Virus record (IMG/VR): IMGVR_UViG_3300048848_000236
Coordinates: 1-25,222 of that record
Length of the DNA: 25,222 nucleotides
Source: a virus
Taxonomy: Duplodnaviria; Caudoviricetes
Reading direction: 5' to 3' (one strand)
Below are positions 14,126-22,319 of this stretch, one piece after another. The position numbers and the translations under genes were made by a program. The notes beneath the pieces are model-generated. The model saw only the letters and a program-made list of their open reading frames with translations, was not told where the DNA came from and did not search any database. Position 1 is the stretch's first letter. Each line of letters starts with the position of its first letter.

Positions 14126-14907
14126 GCGGCTGGTACCGGATGCACCGCGGCTGGATGGATCACCCTGTATTCGGCGGAGAGGAGTTCAGCCGGCGCGACG
14201 CCTTCCAGTGGCTGATCCAGGAAGCCGCTTTCAAACCGACCCGAGTGCACGTTCCGGGCGGCAGTCTAGAGCTTCAACGGGGGCAGCTGGGCTACTCTCT
14301 CAGGTACCTTGCGAGGGCCTGGAAGTGGTCAGAACCGAGGGTGCGTCGGTTTCTAAAAGCGACGCAGGAGGCGAAAATTATCGACGCATCCACCGACGCG
14401 GGACAGACGGTCATAACGATTTGTAATTACGACAAATATCAGCTCACGCAGGAGGTCACCGACGCAGCGTCCGACGCCGATGTGACGCAGCTGCGAAGCG
14501 TCAGCGACGCAAAGAAGAAAGAAGGAAAAGAAAAGAAAGAAGAAGAGGGGGCGCGCGGGCGCGCCAGCGACGGCAAGGCTTACGGTTTCGAAGGGACAGT
14601 CGTGCGCCTCACGGCAGCCCATCTCGATCGATGGCGCCAGACCTACCACGGCATCCCGGACATGATCGCCGAGCTGACCAGCATCGACGCATGGTTCGCC
14701 GGGCAGGACGAAGCGGCGAAGAAGGATTGGTTTCAGCGAACGAACCGAATGCTCAACCGCGCTCACCAGCGGGCGGTCGCCGAGAAGCCAGCGGCGCCAG
14801 CAAGCAACCTCGTCCACTTCGATGCTGCGATCCGGCGCATGGAGCGCTTCGAACAGCAGGAGCGGGAGCGTCAAGAACGCGAGCGAACGGCCGGTGAGCG
14901 GGCGTGA
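14122..14907 (+). CDS. Phage replication initiator (O-like, winged HTH)
   Basis: GWYRMHRGWMDHPVF, RGQ...S.RYLARAW.WS...VRRFL, ITICNYDKYQ; AGGAG RBS. Confidence 0.88.
   Translation: MSGWYRMHRGWMDHPVFGGEEFSRRDAFQWLIQEAAFKPTRVHVPGGSLELQRGQLGYSLRYLARAWKWSEPRVRRFLKATQEAKIIDASTDAGQTVITICNYDKYQLTQEVTDAASDADVTQLRSVSDAKKKEGKEKKEEEGARGRASDGKAYGFEGTVVRLTAAHLDRWRQTYHGIPDMIAELTSIDAWFAGQDEAAKKDWFQRTNRMLNRAHQRAVAEKPAAPASNLVHFDAAIRRMERFEQQERERQERERTAGERA
14361..14545 (+). repeat. Iteron-like GACGC repeats plus an A-rich tract: putative phage origin
   Basis: GACGC at 14361, 14383, 14395, 14461, 14473, 14484 and 14506, followed by a purine/A-rich run. Confidence 0.55.
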
Positions 14908-15506
14908 TCAACGCTTATCCTGGGGCACCAGTGGAACCGGCGGCATCGGCGCAAACGGTAGCTCATTCCCGGAGCTGCTCAACCCACATCAGCGCTCGAT
15001 GGATCGTCAACCATGGTCCGGCGGCGAGGATGGCCATCCCCGCTGCGACGGCGACGATCAGGGCTGGCGCGTGCGAACTTCCGCGCTTCGGATGCTCAAC
15101 CGTCCCGGGACGTCCGGGCCCCGGCAGATCGTCAGGTGATAGTTCTCGGAGGAACTCGCACCCGTACCCGTCGGGGTTTTGGCGAACGACACGGGCGGCG
15201 CTCTGCGGAACACCGATGATCCGGATCTGCAGGACCGACCCGAGCGCCAGCACCGCCCGGGTTTCCACCAGGCAACCAGTTGTCGAAAGGTCTTTCACAA
15301 CGATGTCGTACGTGTGGGCTTCCGAACCGCGGATCGTCCCGCCCGCCTCGATCGACGTTCGGGGTGCACGTAGGAGCTCCTCAGCTCCCTCTGTCACCAG
15401 CTTGGCGGCAATGCCCATGTGTCCGTCCCTGATCCGTGAGCATGCGCCGTACAGCTTCGTCCTTAACAGGGCCTACATCTGGCACAGCAGGGTGACGGCT
15501 TCGTGA
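14904..15506 (+). CDS. Putative bridge ORF F
   Basis: GTGA overlaps at both ends; antisense to the PilZ gene. Confidence 0.4.
   Translation: MINAYPGAPVEPAASAQTVAHSRSCSTHISARWIVNHGPAARMAIPAATATIRAGACELPRFGCSTVPGRPGPGRSSGDSSRRNSHPYPSGFWRTTRAALCGTPMIRICRTDPSASTARVSTRQPVVERSFTTMSYVWASEPRIVPPASIDVRGARRSSSAPSVTSLAAMPMCPSLIREHAPYSFVLNRAYIWHSRVTAS
14963..15418 (-). CDS. PilZ-domain protein with a C-terminal hydrophobic/TM segment
   Basis: LRAPR, DLSTTG (DxSxxG), ARVVR...YGCEF; ALIVAVAAGMAILAAGPWL. Confidence 0.85.
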   Translation of the reverse strand: MGIAAKLVTEGAEELLRAPRTSIEAGGTIRGSEAHTYDIVVKDLSTTGCLVETRAVLALGSVLQIRIIGVPQSAARVVRQNPDGYGCEFLRELSPDDLPGPGRPGTVEHPKRGSSHAPALIVAVAAGMAILAAGPWLTIHRALMWVEQLRE

Positions 15507-15577
15507 AGCGGTTTGGTATCGGGACGACAGACCTGCGCGCCTCCATTTGGCGCTGCAGCCCGGCAGAGCAGGCATGA
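15503..15577 (+). CDS. Putative bridge mini-ORF G (24 aa)
   Basis: GTG 15503 to TGA 15577; ATGA overlap with the nusG-like start. Confidence 0.35.
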   Translation: MKRFGIGTTDLRASIWRCSPAEQA

Positions 15578-16248
15578 TGACGAAGGACATCAAAGCACGA
15601 GACGGCTGGTGCATTCTCAGGACCAGCGGCCAGAAAACGCTGCCGCTTGTCCGGTCGCTGAGGAGTGCCGGCTTCGATGTCTGGACGCCGGTGCGCACCT
15701 TGAAGCGTCCGGCACCCGGACACCGCCGCCGGCTGCACCTCGGCTTGCGCAAGGTGATGGTCGAGGTCGATACCGCGATCGTGCCGAGCATCGTGTTCGC
15801 CCGCGCGCACCATCTCGACGATCTCGCCCGCGCCGCTGCCGATCCGTTCAGCCAGCATCCGGCCTTCTCGATCTTTCATTGGGGCAGCCGCGTCCCGCTG
15901 ATCGATGACAGCCAGATCGCTGGGCTTCGTGCTGCCGAGGACGAGGCGACCGCGGCGATCAACGTGGAGCGCGATGCTGAAAGCAAGAAGGCGGCGCGGG
16001 AGGAGCGGGCCAGCCGCCTTGGGTCCGAGCGCGCGCGGCGCAAGGCGTTGCGCCAAGAGCGGAAGACGTTCGAGCCCGGCGTCGACGTGACGATCGACGA
16101 CATGCCGGCGCTGGCAGGCATGGTCGGCCAGGTGGTGAGAGGGCAGGGCGCCTCCGCGCAGATCCGGTTCGGTGGCGTGCTGACGATGACGGTCGAGGCT
16201 TGGCGTGTGCGCCCGATCCACGACACTTTGTCTGCCCTGGCAGGGTAA
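15574..16248 (+). CDS. Phage NusG/RfaH-family late antiterminator
   Basis: WCILRT...L...L..AGFDVWTP, P..VFA, KOW-like FEPG.DV.I....LAGMVGQV; sits at the Q position. Confidence 0.85.
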   Translation: MMTKDIKARDGWCILRTSGQKTLPLVRSLRSAGFDVWTPVRTLKRPAPGHRRRLHLGLRKVMVEVDTAIVPSIVFARAHHLDDLARAAADPFSQHPAFSIFHWGSRVPLIDDSQIAGLRAAEDEATAAINVERDAESKKAAREERASRLGSERARRKALRQERKTFEPGVDVTIDDMPALAGMVGQVVRGQGASAQIRFGGVLTMTVEAWRVRPIHDTLSALAG

Positions 16249-16360
16249 CACTTTCACGAGGGAACCAGGCGGATGCTGCCCATGCTGGTGGTTTTTGTTC
16301 TGGCCGAATCGCGCTAACTGATGGATATGCTTCGTGAAATTGTAAGGCGTAATTCCACCG

Positions 16361-16744
16361 ATGGTATCCGAGCACACACCCGCCTCAGCCGAGGCAGGGC
16401 TGTACCCGATCGTTGACCGCATTGCGGCGATTTGGAAGACCGAGCAGGAACGCGCCAGAGTACCACGCGATATCCGTGCAACTGGACTGAGGATCGTCAG
16501 GGTAAGCGACTTGATGGTTCAAGCGCCGACGAGCCGTCTCGAGAGCGTCCGCGACGCGGGATCAGGGCTACGCTATTCAGTCTGGCTAGTCGGCGAAACG
16601 ATTGCCCGCTCGGGAGGCATCGATGCAGCGCGTTCGCTGTACACACTATTCGAAGAGCGAAATGGACCGCTCGCGTCGGCTTGGCTGAACACCGCTTGGA
16701 CCGGCGTCAGCGACGGAACTGAGGTCTGGTCGGATGACCATTGA
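16361..16744 (+). CDS. Hypothetical cargo protein (127 aa)
   Basis: VGE.IA..GG...LN.AW.GV.....W pattern; inserted between nusG and a nusG remnant. Confidence 0.7.
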   Translation: MVSEHTPASAEAGLYPIVDRIAAIWKTEQERARVPRDIRATGLRIVRVSDLMVQAPTSRLESVRDAGSGLRYSVWLVGETIARSGGIDAARSLYTLFEERNGPLASAWLNTAWTGVSDGTEVWSDDH

Positions 16745-16750
16745 GCACGG

Positions 16751-16861
16751 GGCAACCAAGTCCTGATCAAGTTCGACGGCATGCTGAGCATGCAAGTCGA
16801 GACTTGGCAGGTTCGTCTAGCCATCGTATATCACCTTCAGCCTTTAGGTGCCGCTGCTTGA
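16751..16861 (+). pseudogene. Remnant of the nusG-like 3' end
   Basis: IKFDGMLSMQVETWQVRL versus IRFGGVLTMTVEAWRVRP in 15574-16248. Confidence 0.8.
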
Positions 16862-16972
16862 GCAGCTGAAGGGGAAAGACGATGTGGCGCTTCGTGCGCT
16901 TCCGCATCCCCGCTTCACCGGACGGAGCATGCGCTCCGGCCGAAGTCTAAGACATGCCTGAACGGCGGGTGG

Positions 16973-17224
16973 TTAGCCCGGGCGCTTGGACTGGGTCTGC
17001 CTTTCGTATCCCCATCCATGCGTTTCGATCATCTCCTCTTCCTCGACGATCTGGCTGATGAGGTTTTCAAGTTGCGCACGGCCGCGCATCTCTTCGAGGA
17101 TCGCCCGACGCTCATTTCGGCTAATGCCGATAACGTTGTTCTTCATACCCGAAACGTTATCCTGCGGCTCGGCAAATGCTGGTGCTGAAATTAACCCCAA
17201 GGTAGCAAGTATAAACCGTTTCAT
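16973..17224 (-). CDS. Small secreted protein (83 aa)
   Basis: Signal peptide MKRFILATLGLISAPAFA; GGAG RBS. Confidence 0.75.
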   Translation of the reverse strand: MKRFILATLGLISAPAFAEPQDNVSGMKNNVIGISRNERRAILEEMRGRAQLENLISQIVEEEEMIETHGWGYERQTQSKRPG

Positions 17225-17725
17225 AATAGGCGACTCCAGATATTCTTAGCACTTCTATTCAGTTGAAGTGCCGAACTAGTGGAGTGAACTTTTGATCCGG
17301 TGAAACGGGGTTATCGCTGCGTTAACCCACCACTATGGTGCTGGGATAGAACAGGAAGCGACGGCCCGGCCACTAAGTAGAATGGCTCGGTTGACTTCAA
17401 AGATATGTGAAGGATCGGGCGTTTGCCAAACAGGTCAATGGCGAGCCTCAACTGGGGGTTCGCCGAGTTGCCGATTTATGTTAGAAGGTGCGTCGTCCGT
17501 TACCTTCGACCCGTACGGACGACGCCTCCCCACCGGGTGAGACCCTGATGTCCCGGCTGCCTCGCGGCGCTGGGACATCTTGCTTACCAGCTTCTAAACG
17601 ATTCGGTGTCGAAACTACGCCGATGCGGTGCCAAGTTGGGACGGAAGGTGGCGGCCGAGGAATCGGAAGATGGGCTGCCTAGTCGCGATCCTCACCATCT
17701 CTCCACGGATCGGGAAAGGCGGGTA

Positions 17726-18088
17726 GTGGGCCGCCTCAAGACGGCACCTGGCCTGCTGGCCGGCCTGCCTCCCGCACTGGCCTTCCTGCCTGTTGATCCG
17801 GCTGGCGCGGAGCGGCAGCGCAACGCCTTCAACCCGCTGCGCGCCCTGTACCGCACCGCCCGCTGGGCGAAGCTGCGCTGGGAGACACTGACCCGCGATC
17901 TCTTCACCTGCCAGATGTGCGGGCTTGGCCCGCAGGCGGACACGTCGAAGCTGGTGGCGGACCACCGCCGCCCTCACCGCGGTGACCTGGCGCTGTTCTG
18001 GGATCCTGAGAACCTGGAGACGCTCTGCGCCTCGCCCTGCCACTCGAAGCACAAGCAGAAGCTTGAGCAAGCCGCGGAGATGCGGTGA
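17726..18088 (+). CDS. Terminase-associated HNH endonuclease
   Basis: CQMCG, VADHRRPHRGD..LFWD..NL..LC...CH...K; GTG start after GGAAAGG. Confidence 0.92.
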   Translation: MGRLKTAPGLLAGLPPALAFLPVDPAGAERQRNAFNPLRALYRTARWAKLRWETLTRDLFTCQMCGLGPQADTSKLVADHRRPHRGDLALFWDPENLETLCASPCHSKHKQKLEQAAEMR

Positions 18089-18252
18089 TGTTCATGTGGG
18101 ACACGCCCGAGGCCATCCACGCGTTTCTCTATGGTGACGGCACTGGCGCGGTCCGCGGCCTCCTGCCGGGGCCGCCCACGCCGCTGCCACCCGACACGAT
18201 GACACGCCAGCGCAGGCGCCACGCCGAGCGTGAGCGAGCGAAAGGACGATGA
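18088..18252 (+). CDS. Hypothetical protein (54 aa)
   Basis: MFMWDTPE...MTRQRRRHAERERAKGR; coupled to both neighbours; absent from the ORF track. Confidence 0.6.
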   Translation: MFMWDTPEAIHAFLYGDGTGAVRGLLPGPPTPLPPDTMTRQRRRHAERERAKGR

Positions 18253-18449
18253 GCATGGCCAGCGAACCGACCCGCACGGAACGCCCGCGCGAGAACCTGC
18301 CCGAAGCCATACAGAACATGGTTACAGCGTGGCAGGGGCTCGCTGAAGCCGCGTCGCACATCGCACACGCGAAGCGCACGATCTTCCTGGCGTATGTCGC
18401 CGAGGGCTTCAGCGAGAGCCAGGCGCTCGAACTGGTGAAGTCCTTCTGA
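18249..18449 (+). CDS. Hypothetical phage protein (66 aa)
   Basis: AYVAEGFSESQALELVK; AAAGGA RBS; coupled. Confidence 0.75.
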   Translation: MSMASEPTRTERPRENLPEAIQNMVTAWQGLAEAASHIAHAKRTIFLAYVAEGFSESQALELVKSF

Positions 18450-18685
18450 TGGCCCGGCTTCCCTCGACGATGTCCGTGCCCGTGTCCGTGGCGACCAAGA
18501 CCGTGACGATGACGATCAAGGTCAGCGGGGTTCGCCGTTTCGCGATCCGCTCCAACCTCGCCCTCCTGATCATCAAGTTCGCGACGCTCGTCAGCCCGAT
18601 CGTGACCCGCATCGACATCGCTTCCGCCGATCCTGTCGACTTGTACGACGGGTCGGAGCGCAACCTGCGCGACGTTCTCGGCTGA
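18449..18685 (+). CDS. Hypothetical protein (78 aa)
   Basis: TGATG coupling; phage-like codon usage. Confidence 0.65.
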   Translation: MARLPSTMSVPVSVATKTVTMTIKVSGVRRFAIRSNLALLIIKFATLVSPIVTRIDIASADPVDLYDGSERNLRDVLG

Positions 18686-18689
18686 ACAG

Positions 18690-18795
18690 AGAGGGGGGGG
18701 CGGGGTCAAAGTTCGGCGACCGCCGCCCTCCTGAACCGCCCCCGTTCCCACGCAGAGATAATTTTCTGGTGGGCGGTCGGGGGTGCGAACTTAGG
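18690..18795. other. Putative cos/packaging-initiation region
   Basis: Non-coding G-run (GGGGGGGGCGGGGTCAAA) and ACCGCCCCC...CACGCAGAGATAATTTT between the HNH cluster and TerS, the usual cos position in HK97-like phages. Confidence 0.5.
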
Positions 18796-18812
18796 CCGAA
18801 AGGCGTTACTTG

Positions 18813-19367
18813 ATGGCTACCCGCAAGACGACTGTCGACTGGCAGCGCATCCAGCTTGAATACTGTTCAGGCGAAGACAGCATTCGCGAAATAGCCGATC
18901 GGCACGAGATTTCGGACACGGCTATTCGGAAGCGGGCGAAGGCGGAAGAGTGGGTCCGCAAGGTTCGCAGTGCGAACCCGCGCGAACCTGACCGATCGCC
19001 GCCGCCGCCAATCGACCCGGAGACGCCGGTCGATTCCGCGACGATCGCCGATGGCGGTCGGGGCCTTGCCTACCGGATGCTCGACGAGCTGAACGTGACG
19101 ACCAGCCGGCGCGGCGAGCTGGAAGACCTGATCGTCGCCGCTACCGATGGTGACGACGACAACGCCCAGCGCAACGCGATGATGAAGGCGGTCAGCCTGC
19201 CAGAGCGGGCGAACACGCTGAAGACGATCGCTCTGGCGCTGAAGACGCTGAACGAGGCCTCGGCACCGCAGGGCAAGAAGGCTCAGGCGCAGGAGCGAGC
19301 GAACCAGGTCCAAGGCGCTTCTCGCCTTCAGGGCACCGGCCCGCCTCGGCTGGCGGCTGTGAAGTAG
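18813..19367 (+). CDS. Terminase small subunit-like protein
   Basis: N-terminal HTH (DW..I..EY......IREIA.RH.IS..AIRKRAK...W), C-terminal GKK; immediately upstream of TerL. Confidence 0.75.
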   Translation: MATRKTTVDWQRIQLEYCSGEDSIREIADRHEISDTAIRKRAKAEEWVRKVRSANPREPDRSPPPPIDPETPVDSATIADGGRGLAYRMLDELNVTTSRRGELEDLIVAATDGDDDNAQRNAMMKAVSLPERANTLKTIALALKTLNEASAPQGKKAQAQERANQVQGASRLQGTGPPRLAAVK

Positions 19368-19368
19368 G

Positions 19369-21072
19369 GTGCCAACCTGGACGACGGCGTGCCCGGACTG
19401 GAAGGAGCGGATCCGGGGCCGTCGTTCGCTGATCCCGTTCGATCCGTTGTTTCCCGACGCGGCCGAAGCGAAGATGGCCCTGTTCACGTCGCTGCGGCTG
19501 ATGGACGTCACCGGGCAGCCGACGATCGGCGAGGCGTGTGACCCTTGGCTGCTGAACTTCGCGGCCACTGTGTTCGGCGCCTACGATCCGGATCACGGCG
19601 AGCAGCTCATCAAGGAGTTCCTGCTCCTTGTCTCGAAGAAGAACACGAAATCGACCATCGCCGCCGGGCTGATGGTGACCGAACTGGCGCTCGGCTGGCG
19701 GCACGAAGACGAGAACCTGATCCTCGCGCCGACGAAAGAGGTTGCGGACAACAGCTTCAAGCCGGCCGCGGCGATGATCCGCGCCGACGAGGAACTGAAC
19801 GACCTCCTCCACATCCAGGACCACTACCGGCTCATCACGCACCGGACGACCAAGGCGACCCTGAAGGTGGTCGCAGCGGACAGCGCGACCGTGTCGGGCA
19901 AGAAGGCCAGTCGGGTTCTGGTCGACGAGCTATGGCTGTTCGGCAAGGTCGCCACCGCCGACGCTATGTTCCAGGAAGCGACCGGCGGGCAGGCCTCGCG
20001 GCCGGAGGGGTACACCCTCTGGCTCACCACCCAGTCGGACAAGCCGCCGCAGGGCGTCTTCAAGACCAAGCTCGCCGAGTACCGCCAGATCCGCGACGGT
20101 GAGATCGACGCGCCGACCAAGCTGCCGGTTCTCTACGAGTTCCCGCCAGAGATGATGAAGGCCGGCGAGCATCTCGACCCGGCCAACTTCTACATCACCA
20201 ACCCGAACCTCGGCCGATCGGTAGGGCAGAGCTGGCTGGAGACGAAGTTCGCCGAGGCGCAGCGCGCCGAGATGTCCGAGCGCCAGGTCTTCTATGCCAA
20301 GCATCTGAATGTCGAGATGGGCGTCGGCCTGCTGCACGATGCGTGGGCAGGTGCTGTCCATTGGCAGAAGGCCGCGGCGGCACCGGACGTGTGGGACGGC
20401 TCGCTTGAGCAGTTCATCGAACTGGTCGAGGTAGCGGTCGGCGGTGTTGACGGCGGCGGCCTGGACGATCTTCTCGGGCTGACGCTCATCGGCCGGCTTC
20501 GCGGCGATCCGCGCATCTGGCTGACATGGTCGCACGCCTGGGCTCAGCTGGACGTGTGGGAGCGCCGCAAGGACATCATCTCCGCGCTGGAAGGCTTCAT
20601 CGCCGACGGCGATCTGACCAAGTGCGAGGATCCTACCGACGACATCATCGGCTTGGCCAATATTCTGGAGCGGGTGCTCAACGCCGGGCTGTTCCCCGAC
20701 AAATACGCGATCGGCCTCGACCCTATCGGAGTTGCTGCGATCCTCGACGAGCTTGTCGCCCGCGGGTTCGAGCAGGAGCAGCTCAGCGCCGTGGCGCAGG
20801 GCTTCCGTTTAAACGGCGCGGTCCTCGGCAGCGAACGCAAGCTGAAGGACGGCACCCTTCGCCATGCCAGACAGAACCTCATGACCTGGTGCGTCGGCAA
20901 CGCGAAGACCGAGAAGCGAGGTAACGCCGTGCTGATCACGAAGCAGATCGCCGGCTCGGCGAAGATTGATCCCCTTGTCGCGCTGTTCAATGCCGTGACG
21001 CTGATGACCCGCAACCCGGAAGCGGGCGGCGCATCCCTCGGCGACTTCCTCGCCAACGCGGTCACCGCCTGA
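19369..21072 (+). CDS. terL: Terminase large subunit
   Basis: Walker A-like VSKKNTKST, Walker B VLVDELW, nuclease GVDGGGLDDL, KIDP. Confidence 0.96.
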   Translation: MPTWTTACPDWKERIRGRRSLIPFDPLFPDAAEAKMALFTSLRLMDVTGQPTIGEACDPWLLNFAATVFGAYDPDHGEQLIKEFLLLVSKKNTKSTIAAGLMVTELALGWRHEDENLILAPTKEVADNSFKPAAAMIRADEELNDLLHIQDHYRLITHRTTKATLKVVAADSATVSGKKASRVLVDELWLFGKVATADAMFQEATGGQASRPEGYTLWLTTQSDKPPQGVFKTKLAEYRQIRDGEIDAPTKLPVLYEFPPEMMKAGEHLDPANFYITNPNLGRSVGQSWLETKFAEAQRAEMSERQVFYAKHLNVEMGVGLLHDAWAGAVHWQKAAAAPDVWDGSLEQFIELVEVAVGGVDGGGLDDLLGLTLIGRLRGDPRIWLTWSHAWAQLDVWERRKDIISALEGFIADGDLTKCEDPTDDIIGLANILERVLNAGLFPDKYAIGLDPIGVAAILDELVARGFEQEQLSAVAQGFRLNGAVLGSERKLKDGTLRHARQNLMTWCVGNAKTEKRGNAVLITKQIAGSAKIDPLVALFNAVTLMTRNPEAGGASLGDFLANAVTA

Positions 21073-22319
21073 TGGCATGGTGGGACTTCTGGCGAGAGCG
21101 CCCGATCGGGGTAAAGCCCGTCGATGATGGCTTCTGGGCTGCAATCGCCGGCGCAGACAATTTCGCGGGCGAACCCGTCGACGCACATGGCGCGATGCAG
21201 CTGTCGGCGTTCTGGGCCGGCACGCTGCTCATCTCGGAGACGATTGCCACGCTGCCGCTCGGCGTGTTCGAGCGCGACTCCAATGGCGACAAGCAGACTG
21301 TCTCCAGCCACTCGCTTTACGGTTTGCTGCACGACAGCCCGAACGCCGATCAGACGGCCGTCGAGTTCTGGGAGGGCCGGGTCCTCGGCCTGTGCACGTC
21401 GGGTAACGGGTTTGCTGAGAAGACCTTCGCTGGGGACGGACGCCTGATCTCATTGGAGCGGATGCCAGCTGACACATCGGTGTCGCGCTCCAATACCGGG
21501 GCGCTCCAATACCGCTTCTTCGATCGCGGGAAGCAGGAAACCCTTCCGGAATCGAAGGTCTTTCACATCCGCGGGTTCGGCGACGGTGACGTCGGCATGT
21601 CTCCGGTCAGCTACGCGCGCCAGACGCTTGGACTGACAAAGGCCACCGACAAACAGGCGGGCCAAATCTTTTCCAAGGGCATGCGCGGCAAGGGCTTCTT
21701 CGTAATGCCGAACGGCTCCAAGCCGCTGACGGAAGATCAGCGTGGGGACGCCAAGCGGAACCTCATCGAGGCGAATAGCGGTCCGAATGCTCCCTGGGCG
21801 GGCATCCTGGAAGGCGGCGTCGACTTCAAATCGGTGGCGATGTCCGCGCGTGACGCCGAGATGATCATGAACCGGCGTTTCAATGTGGAGGACATCTGCC
21901 GCTGGCTCAGGCTGCCGCCGATCCTGATCGGCCACGCCTCCGAAGGGCAGACCATGTGGGGCTCGGGTGTCGAGCAGATCGTGCTCGCCTGGCTGACGCT
22001 GGGGCTGCGACCCTACCTCACCCGGATCGAGCAGGCGGTGAAGAAGCGGGTGCTCACCCCCGCTGATCGCGCCCGCGGCCTCTTCGTCGAGTTCTCGGTC
22101 GAGGGCCTTTTGCGCGCCGACAGTGCCGGCCGCGCCGAGCTGCTGTCGAAGATGATGCAGAATGCCGCGCTGAAGCCGAACGAGTGGCGTCGCAAGGAAA
22201 ACCTGCCGCCCGAAGATGGTGGCGACCAGCTCTTCATCAACTCCACCCTCATCCCGCTTTCGATGGCCGGTCAGCCCCGCGGCCCGGCGCCTATCTCACC
22301 ACCGGAGGACTTGCAGTGA
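21072..22319 (+). CDS. HK97-family portal protein
   Basis: ISETIATLPL, PN..QT..EFW, GN.FA, FHIRGF, ILEGG, GVEQ, NEWR..ENLPP..GGD. Confidence 0.96.
   Translation: MAWWDFWRERPIGVKPVDDGFWAAIAGADNFAGEPVDAHGAMQLSAFWAGTLLISETIATLPLGVFERDSNGDKQTVSSHSLYGLLHDSPNADQTAVEFWEGRVLGLCTSGNGFAEKTFAGDGRLISLERMPADTSVSRSNTGALQYRFFDRGKQETLPESKVFHIRGFGDGDVGMSPVSYARQTLGLTKATDKQAGQIFSKGMRGKGFFVMPNGSKPLTEDQRGDAKRNLIEANSGPNAPWAGILEGGVDFKSVAMSARDAEMIMNRRFNVEDICRWLRLPPILIGHASEGQTMWGSGVEQIVLAWLTLGLRPYLTRIEQAVKKRVLTPADRARGLFVEFSVEGLLRADSAGRAELLSKMMQNAALKPNEWRRKENLPPEDGGDQLFINSTLIPLSMAGQPRGPAPISPPEDLQ

Noticed and set aside
12693-14907. Helicase placed before the initiator (reverse of lambda O-P)
   Set aside because: Ordinary variation in phage replication module order.
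16986-17249. Plus-strand ORF antisense to the secreted protein as another bridge
   Set aside because: Its TTG start and TAG stop are not coupled to any neighbour.
17488-17725. Short ORF and N-terminal extension upstream of HNH
   Set aside because: No convincing RBS or motifs, and the region is hairpin-rich; the HNH start fits GTG 17726.
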